A stretch of 6,709 nt of DNA from Octopus sinensis (taxonomy: Eukaryota), in the NCBI RefSeq assembly GCF_006345805.1, contig NW_021829245.1:1-6709 (forward strand), read 5' to 3'. Position numbers and translations under genes: made by a program. A model generated the notes under the pieces. The model saw only the letters and a program-made list of their open reading frames with translations, searched no databases and was not told the origin of the DNA. This document shows, one piece after another, positions 1 to 5,545 of this stretch (its first letter is position 1; each line of letters opens with the position of its first letter).

Positions 1-1
1 G

Positions 2-46
<45 letters not shown>

Positions 47-58
47 GTATATGCGTGT
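1..58. repeat. (TA)n/(TG)n microsatellite, probably the internal tract of a bipartite SINE whose head lies left of the window
   Basis: Near-pure TA run grading into GTGTGT. The same tract sits between the head and 3' modules in the copies at 3015-3398 and 3666-4080. Confidence 0.9.
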
Positions 59-272
59 GTGGTGACTGTTTGCCTGTGTTTGCCCCCCCCCCCTAACATC
101 GCTTGACAACCGATGCTGGTGTGTTTACGTCCCCGTAACTTAGAGTTCGGCAAGAAGAGACCGATAGAATAAGTACTGGGCTTACAAAGAATAAGTCCTG
201 GGGTCGATTTGCTCGACTAAAAGGTGGTGCTCCAGCATGGCCACAGTCAAATGACTGAATCAAGTAACAGAG
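59..272 (+). mobile_element. 3' module (module A) of a bipartite tRNA-derived SINE (family 1)
   Basis: Reverse complement of about 3015-3230 and 3666-3880 (shared ...CGATAGAATAAGTACT...CTGGGGTCGATTTGCTCGACTAA...CCAGCATGGCC...ATGACTGAA...). Ends in a degenerate GTAAAAGA-type tail (CAAGTAACAGAG) followed by (TA)n. Confidence 0.85.

Positions 273-311
<39 letters not shown>
273..311. repeat. (TA)n microsatellite between two convergent SINE tails
   Basis: Directly visible TA run. Confidence 0.95.
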
Positions 312-477
312 TTAATTCTTTATTGCTCAACAAGGGGTGAAACACAGAGAGGACAAACAAGGACAGATTAAGTCGATTACATCGACCCCAGTGCGTAACT
401 GGTACTTATTTAATCGACCCCGAAAGGATGAAAGGCAAAGTCGACCTCGGCGGAATCTGAACTCAGAACGTAGCGGC
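312..477 (-). mobile_element. 5'-truncated tRNA-derived SINE (family 2, resembling octopus OK/OR-type SINEs from recall)
   Basis: Minus strand reads GCCGCTACGTTCTGA-GTTCAGATTCC (B box at 452-462)-GCCGAGGTCGACTTTGCCTTTCATCCTTTCGGGGTCGATTAAATAAGTACCAG... and ends in an A-rich tail (GCAATAAAGAATTAAA). No A box is present. Confidence 0.8.
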
Positions 478-480
478 TTT

Positions 481-560
481 TCGTACATTGTCTTCTTCTA
501 CTATTAACCCTTCCCACCCTGGTCTCTCCTCAAGTACAGCCGGTTGATATCAGCTTTCGG
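481..560 (-). mobile_element. R4/Dong-like (R2-superfamily) non-LTR retrotransposon RT relic, segment downstream of the SINE insertion
   Basis: Minus strand 560->507 translates PKADINRLYLRRDQGGKG, then after a 1-nt frameshift (L)IVEEDNVR. This matches the HPKxxxxRLYLxRxxGGRGL motif of the R4-clade RT C-terminal region (motif from recall). Confidence 0.8.
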
Positions 561-810
561 GTTCTTTCCTTCTCGAGCCATGCCAGGCTCGTAGGGGCCG
601 GTTTCCCGGTTTCAGTGGCGTAGAAATTTTCCACCTGGACGGGACGCCAGTCCATCGCAGCGTTACTCATTTTTGCCAGCTGAGTGGACTGGAGCAACGT
701 GAAATGAAGTGTTTTGCTCAAGAACACAACGCATATCCCCGTCCAGGAATCGAAACCACAATCTTACGATCATGGTGCTGACACCCTAACCACTGAGCCA
801 CGCGCCTCCA
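561..810 (-). mobile_element. Full-length tRNA-derived SINE (family 3), copy 1 of a head-to-tail pair
   Basis: Minus strand has A box TGGCTCAGTGG (790-800), B box GGTTTCGATTCC (746-757), body ...TTGAGCAAAACACTT...CTGCGATGGACTGGCGTCCCGTCCAG... (V-SINE-like motif from recall) and tail GAGCCTGGCATGGCTCGAGAAGGAAAGAAC. Confidence 0.88.
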
Positions 811-1057
811 AAAATAAATGCGCTCTTTTAAAGCCTAGCCAGGCTCATGGGTCCAGTTTCTATGGCGTCTATGTTCCCCCCAGCTGGACGGGACGCCGGT
901 CCATCGCAGCGTTACTCATTTCTGCCAGCTGAGTGAACTGGAGCATCGTGAAAATGAAGTGTCTTGCTCAAGAACACAATGCATCGCCCGATCCAGGAAT
1001 CGAAACCACAACTTTATGATCATGAGTTCAACACCCTAACCACTAAGCCATACCCCC
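811..1057 (-). mobile_element. Full-length tRNA-derived SINE (family 3), copy 2 of the pair, with a different 3' end
   Basis: A box TGGCTTAGTGG (1040-1050) and B box GGTTTCGATTCC (996-1007), both exactly 250 nt from those of copy 1. About 21 differences over about 165 nt of head and body by manual count. Tail GAGCCTGGCTAGGCTTTAAAAGAGCGCATTTATTTTT. Confidence 0.85.
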
Positions 1058-1065
1058 TTGTTTTT

Positions 1066-1218
1066 TCTCGGGTGGCGGGCTCCAAACATCGTCAACAACT
1101 TTGTAGTTTTTCAAGTTTCTTTATTCCATTTTCGGTCCAGGCTTTTATTGCGACCCCATATCTGATTAAGGGTTTCTTCTCTTGAATTTATTGCTTGAAG
1201 AAGATTTCTGGAATCCAG
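1066..1218 (-). mobile_element. R4/Dong-like non-LTR retrotransposon RT relic, segment upstream of the SINE insertion
   Basis: Three frame-shifted blocks on the minus strand: LDSRNLLQAINSR (1218->1180), PLIRYGVAIKAWTENGIKKLEK (1172->1107) and KTTKLLTMFGARHP (1110->1069). They are collinear with the recalled R4-type pattern LNxxNxIxAINxxAxPVxRY...W...LD-RKTRKLLTMxGxxHP. Confidence 0.78.
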
Positions 1219-1403
1219 CAATTAATATAATGGAGTAAGTTTGTCTTGGAACACGATGCCATCTTACATTTATGGCTTCGGTGGACGAGGTCTCCGTTTC
1301 TTAGAAGAAGAAAAAAAGTTAAGTTTCTGTTACAGGGTTTCTGCAATTTAGAAGAAGAAGAAGAAGGAAAAACCGGTATTAGGGAATTCGCGTAGGCACC
1401 AAC

Positions 1404-1520
1404 GCCACCACCGCCATCACCATCATCACCACCATCATCATCATCACCACCACCACCACCATCACCATCATCATCATCCCTACAACCATCATCACTACCG
1501 CCACCACTACCACCACCTCC
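1404..1520. repeat. Degenerate (CAC/CAT)n trinucleotide repeat
   Basis: Directly visible mix of CAC, CAT and TAC units. Confidence 0.9.
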
Positions 1521-1707
1521 GCTAGCATTATCCCCGCCCCCACCACCCCAAATATTTTTGAAAACAACTGAAACATGTAACAGACCACGTGACTAAGATC
1601 TTAGGGTCTTTTCTGTCATCGATGGTAGAAGAGGGGGAGTGGGGGTGGGGGTGGAAAGAGCAATTACCCCCGGGGACGGCAGTGAAGGAAGACGCAGGGT
1701 AATCGGC

Positions 1708-1726
1708 GGGTGGGGTGGGGTGGGGG
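1708..1726 (+). other. Canonical G-quadruplex motif GGGTGGGGTGGGGTGGGGG
   Basis: Four runs of 3 or more G separated by 1-nt loops. This is a sequence motif only; folding is not shown. Confidence 0.6.
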
Positions 1727-2049
1727 ATAGCAGCAGAAGGGAGTGAAAGGGTAGGGGTGAATGATTAGCGCTTTTTTTGTGATGGGCATGTGTGGAGGTA
1801 CGGGTTTGAGTGGAATATTATTTGTCTCGGAAGAACTACAGGAATTCTTAGAAAAAAAAAAAGAAATGTTCTGCACCCTTTTATCACCCCCTACCCACCC
1901 CGCCGCCGTGGGTGTGTCACGACGGGGTGGCGTGTTGTAGGGTCGGGGTGGCGGTGGTGAAATGGCGAAGATTCCAAGAGATTTCTTTTTTGAAGTAGCT
2001 TTCAACGCCATTGTCAAGGAAGGGTCGTCGGCTGTGGGTCTTGTTTCGC

Positions 2050-2405
2050 ACCATCATCATCACCACCATCATCATCATCCTCCTCCTCCTCATCATCATC
2101 ACCATTATCATCATCACCATCACTACCATCATCATCGTCATCATCATCACCATCATCTTCATCCTCATCATCATCACCATCATCTTCATCCTCATCATCA
2201 TCATCATCGTCATCATCATCATCGTCATCATCTTCATCGTCATCATAATCATCATCTTCATCATCATCATCATCATCATTACCATCATCTTCATCCTCAT
2301 CATCTTCATCCTCATCACCATCATCTTCATCCTCATCATCATCATCATCATCATCACATCATCATAGTCATCATCACCATCATCATCATCCTCATCACCA
2401 TCGTC
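2050..2405. repeat. Long degenerate (CAT)n trinucleotide repeat, about 355 nt
   Basis: CAT units with CAC/CGT/CCT/CTT variants. The 3-nt phase is kept except for one slip near 2357. Confidence 0.95.
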
Positions 2406-2608
2406 ACCAACGCTCCGTCCCAGCTCCTTTCCACCCCACACACCCCACACCCTTATATATATATATCCTCCGGGGCCATATGTTAACCAAAACTCTTCTT
2501 CCTTTACAATTTACAAACTGTTGACTGATGGAAGCAACTCATTAAACCTAAACTCGGGGACGTCATCGTCTACCGAGGAATGTGTGTGTTGCAAGTAACT
2601 AGAACGCA

Positions 2609-2727
2609 GCGCGTGCGCGCATGTGTGTGTGTCTGTGTGTGTGTGTGTGCTTGGGTCTTTCCTGTCTACTCTTATATTTTAGACATCAAGATCACTCTCT
2701 CTCTCTTTCCTCTGTGTGTGTGTGTGT
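2609..2727. repeat. Alternating purine-pyrimidine (GC/GT)n tract (2609-2649) plus (CT)n/(TG)n tract (about 2694-2727)
   Basis: GCGCGTGCGCGCATGTGTGTGTG... and CTCTCTCTC...TGTGTGTG are directly visible. Confidence 0.85.
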
Positions 2728-2890
2728 GGCTCTGTGGCTGTGTGGTAAGAAGCTTGCTTGCCAACCACAGGATTACAGGTTCAGTCCCACTGTGTGGCAC
2801 TTCGGCCAAAGTCTTCTACTGTAGCTCCGGGCTGACCAAAGCCATGCGAGTGAATTTGACAGACGGAAAGAAACTGAAAGAAGCCCGTCG
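2728..2890 (+). mobile_element. Head module (module B) of family-1 SINE, diverged, with no following 3' module
   Basis: A-box-like TGGCTGTGTGG (2735-2745), B-box-like GGTTCAGTCCC (2778-2788), ends AACTGAAAGAAGCCCGTCG followed by (TA)n. Reverse complement of 3918-4080 with substitutions. Confidence 0.85.
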
Positions 2891-2921
2891 CATATATATA
2901 CATAACCATACATACATACTA

Positions 2922-2952
<31 letters not shown>

Positions 2953-2962
2953 ATATATATAT

Positions 2963-3004
<42 letters not shown>

Positions 3005-3014
3005 TATATATATA
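2891..3014. repeat. (TA)n microsatellite
   Basis: Directly visible, about 124 nt. Confidence 0.95.
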
Positions 3015-3398
3015 CTCTTTTACTCTTTTACTTGTTTCAGTCATTTGACTGCGGCCATGCTGCAGCACCGCCTTTAATCGAGCAACTCGACCCCGGGACT
3101 TATTCTTTTGTAAGCCCAGTACTTATTCTATCGGTCTCTTTTGCCGAACCGCTAAGTAACGGGGACATAAACACACCAGCATCGGTTGTCAAGCAATGCT
3201 AGGGGGACAAACACAGACACACAAACACACACATATACATATATAAATATACATATATACGACGGGCTTCTTTCAGTTTCCGTCTACCAAATCCACTCAC
3301 AAGGCTTTGGTCGGTCCGATGCTATAGTAGAAGACAGTTGCTCAAGGTGCCACGCAGTGGGACTGAACCCGAACCATGTGGTTGGTAAACAAGCTACT
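3015..3398 (-). mobile_element. Bipartite family-1 SINE (head + internal CA/TA tract + 3' module), lacking about 25 nt of its 5' end including the A box
   Basis: Collinear with 3666-4080 (roughly 93% identity by manual count outside the microsatellite). Head module 3260-3398; tail CTCTTTTACTCTTTTACTTG on plus, i.e. (GTAAAAGA)n on minus. Confidence 0.9.
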
Positions 3399-3411
3399 AT
3401 ATATATATATA

Positions 3412-3437
3412 AAGATCGATATTTAAATATCGATCTT
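3412..3437. repeat. Perfect 26-bp palindrome AAGATCGATATTTAAATATCGATCTT
   Basis: 13 consecutive complementary pairs around the 3424/3425 axis, checked base by base. Confidence 0.95.
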
Positions 3438-3554
3438 ATCAGGTGGCCAGCATGGTAATAAAAACCTTCAAAGGTAATAATTACTATAAAAATTATAATT
3501 AAGAGTATCTAAGAGATACCATCACGCTGCAAATAGCAGCCAAAATATGACTCT

Positions 3555-3585
3555 AAGATGTTAGGGGACCAAACACATACACAAC

Positions 3586-3590
<5 letters not shown>
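3555..3590 (-). mobile_element. Short remnant of the start of a family-1 3' module
   Basis: AAGATGTTAGGGGACCAAACACATACACAACATATA resembles AAGCAATGCTAGGGGGACAAACACAGACACACAAAC in the neighbouring copies. Confidence 0.5.

Positions 3591-3665
<75 letters not shown>
3587..3665. repeat. (TA)n microsatellite
   Basis: Directly visible. Confidence 0.95.
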
Positions 3666-3666
<1 letters not shown>

Positions 3667-4080
3667 TCTTTTGCTCTTTTACTTGTTTCAGTCATTTGAC
3701 TGTGGCCATGCTGGAGCACCGCCTTTAGTCAAGCAAATCGACCCCGGCACTTATTCTTTGTAAGCCCAGTACTTATTCTATCGGTCTCTTTTGCCGAACC
3801 GCTTAATGACGGGGGCGTAAACACACCAGCATCGGCTGTCAAGCAATGCTAGGGGGACAAACACAGACACACAAACACACGCACACATACACATACATAT
3901 ATATATATACTTATATACGACAGGCTTCTTTCAGTTTCCGTCTACCAAATCCACTCACAAGGCTTTGGTCGGTCCAAGGCTATAGCAGTAGACTCTTGCC
4001 CAAGGTGCCACGCAGTGGGACTGAACCCGGAACCATGTGGTTGGTAAACAAGCTACTTACCACACAGCCACTCCTGCGCC
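3666..4080 (-). mobile_element. Full-length bipartite family-1 tRNA-derived SINE, about 415 nt
   Basis: Minus strand starts GGCGCAGGAG-TGGCTGTGTGG (A box 4060-4070), with B-box-like GGTTCAGTCCC (4017-4027). Head module ends at 3918, internal TA/TG tract about 3870-3917, 3' module ends ...GAAACAAGTAAAAGAGCAAAAGAG. Confidence 0.92.
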
Positions 4081-4104
4081 TATATATATACATATATATA
4101 AATA

Positions 4105-4162
4105 CGACGGGCTTCTTTCAGTTTCCATGTATCAAATCCACTCACAAGGCTTTGGTCGGCCC
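4105..4162 (-). mobile_element. Fragment of a family-1 head module (its 3' part only)
   Basis: CGACGGGCTTCTTTCAGTTTCC...AAATCCACTCACAAGGCTTTGGTCGGCCC matches about 3260-3318 and 3918-3976. Confidence 0.85.
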
Positions 4163-4276
4163 CCTGGTGGTATCGCCGCTGGTGTGACTGAGCGATATTT
4201 TTAGCTGTTATTTCTAGCCTACTGAGCAATCTCACGGAAACTCTCCCTTCTGGCCTCACCATCGTCATCGTCGGCC

Positions 4277-4362
4277 GCGCCGCCGCCGCCGCTGCTGCCG
4301 CTCTTGATAACGATGATGATGATGATGATGATGATGATACTGTTGTTGTTGTTGTTGTTGTT
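4277..4362. repeat. Compound (CCG/CTG)n-(GAT)n-(TGT)n microsatellite
   Basis: Directly visible consecutive trinucleotide runs. Confidence 0.9.
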
Positions 4363-4487
4363 GGCGTTTGTATGAAGATTCTCAAAGAGAAGTGTTGAAA
4401 TCTTCGCAGTAAATTAGGAGGAATTTCGGTAAAGGAATATTCGGGGTGGGGGAGGGGGATGGTGGCGGTGGAGGAAGTGGAGGAGGA

Positions 4488-4511
4488 GGGGGTGAGGGTG
4501 AGGGTGGGGGG
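4488..4511 (+). other. G-quadruplex motif GGGGGTGAGGGTGAGGGTGGGGGG within a G-rich low-complexity tract (4443-4511)
   Basis: Four runs of 3 or more G with loops of 3, 3 and 1 nt. Motif only. Confidence 0.5.
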
Positions 4512-4546
4512 AAGATTTCTTTTATTCTTTCAACAGTACAAAGTCG

Positions 4547-4572
4547 TATATATATATACATGTGTGTGTGTT

Positions 4573-4633
<61 letters not shown>

Positions 4634-4894
4634 GTAGACAAAGAAGAACAGTGGTATATAGCACCAATTTGTGTGTGTATATTCTATATATACACATATT
4701 AATAAGTATGTAATGTATGCACACACACGCATGTGCAGACAATATATATATATAATATATATATACATATACCATATATATACATACACTGCATAGACTT
4801 TATGTATACATGTATATATACTATATATTTCATATATATTTAAAGATACATATATAAATATATGTATATATGTGTATCTATCTATCTATCTATA

Positions 4895-4937
<43 letters not shown>

Positions 4938-5130
4938 AATAAAAAACATATATGTATATATACAAGTAAAAAACATATGTATATATGTGTATATATATAT
5001 ATATATATACAAATAAAAAACATATGTTATATATACATATACATGAAGGCACATATATATAGATTTATATGTCGTAAAACTATATATCTCTGTTGCTATA
5101 TGAACCTATGTATGTATTGGTGTGAGTATG
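4547..5130. repeat. Extended degenerate TA/TG/CA low-complexity region
   Basis: Multiple TA runs (longest about 4581-4630) with short unique interruptions. Confidence 0.9.
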
Positions 5131-5204
5131 TGCGCGTATGGGGGGTTTGGCGGTACTTGTAACGAGTGCAATAAAGTACTCAGTGCCACAAGCTCCAGCC
5201 TTGA

Positions 5205-5545
5205 CCCTCCCCCACGATCATTAATCACATCTCAAACAACACTACTAAACGCAGTCTTCGTGTAAATCCATGTTCAAGATGTTTGCTTACTTTAATGATG
5301 CACTAAAAAGAATCATCAAAGTCTGTCTCTATGAGAACTAGCAAACCCCAAAGTTGGAGAATAACAATTTCGAGGTTTATCTCAATATTTATTATTAAAT
5401 GTAGTCAGGAAAACAGATACTTCTCAAACCTAGTTGATACGAATTTCCTCGCAATCCGCAGATATTACAAAGTCTTCGATAAAAATTCTATTAATGTAAG
5501 TTATAGCTGTTCAAGCAATAGAGGATCACAAATGCTCAGATAAAG
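5205..5545 (+). mobile_element. Decayed Penelope-like retroelement fragment (RT C-terminus and linker ahead of the GIY-YIG domain)
   Basis: Frame-shifted collinear blocks PTIINHISNNTTKR (5211-5252), YFNDALKR (5288-5311) and RYFSNLVDTNFLAIRRYYKVFDKNSINVSYSCSSN (5415-5519). They match recalled PLE motifs SNHPPxIIxxIPxxIxKR ... YNxALK ... FLxLIDxHF...KIFNxNxxKVSYSCxxN. Confidence 0.78.

Noticed and set aside
740-810. Possible tRNA genes at SINE heads (also about 990-1057, 4010-4080, 2728-2790); the copy at 990-1057 has a CT-CAT-GA loop reminiscent of tRNA-Met
   Set aside because: A and B boxes are present, but I cannot build an acceptor stem or a full cloverleaf, and each runs into a repeated body. 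These are SINE heads, not tRNAs.
714-1185. Two apparently paralogous ORFs starting MLKNT... (714-932, 964-1185)
   Set aside because: They are antisense translations of the two tandem SINE copies; the similarity is nucleotide-level repeat homology.
1141-1234. Apparent plus-strand exon (polypyrimidine-CAG at 1140, GA|GTAAGT at 1235)
   Set aside because: All three frames contain stops, and the sequence is better explained as the antisense of the R4-like RT relic.
1301-1357. Direct repeat TTAGAAGAAG at 1301 and 1348 resembling a TSD around a short insert
   Set aside because: Low-complexity GAA context and no element features in the enclosed sequence.
1379-1606. TTAGGG telomere-type hexamers (1379, 1601; also 3561)
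   Set aside because: Isolated single copies, expected by chance.
1962-2486. 174-aa poly-His ORF (metal-binding or His-rich protein?)
   Set aside because: It is the CAT frame of a microsatellite that is stop-free by construction; the overlapping poly-Ile and poly-Met ORFs are equally open. The flanking peptide is unrecognisable.
2368-2597. Stop-free plus frame ending ...LTDGSNSLNLNSGTSSSTEECVCCK*
   Set aside because: No ATG, no polypyrimidine acceptor, starts in repeat and crosses a TA run; no recognisable homology.
3015-4162. CRISPR-like repeat-spacer array
   Set aside because: The repeats are 140-415 nt degenerate SINE copies separated by microsatellites in eukaryotic DNA, with no cas genes and no constant short repeats.
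4516-4551. Strong acceptor-like TTTCTTTTATTCTTTCAACAG followed by a possible 9-nt microexon (TACAAAGTC|GTATAT)
   Set aside because: The donor is weak and is simply the start of a TA tract; it cannot be supported without RNA data.
2580-5162. YIYI/VCVC-rich ORFs (2580-3077, 2621-2824, 3186-3458, 3846-4187, 4382-4789, 4530-4775, 4872-5162; likewise 6389-6692)
   Set aside because: Translations of TA/TG/CA microsatellites and SINE bodies.
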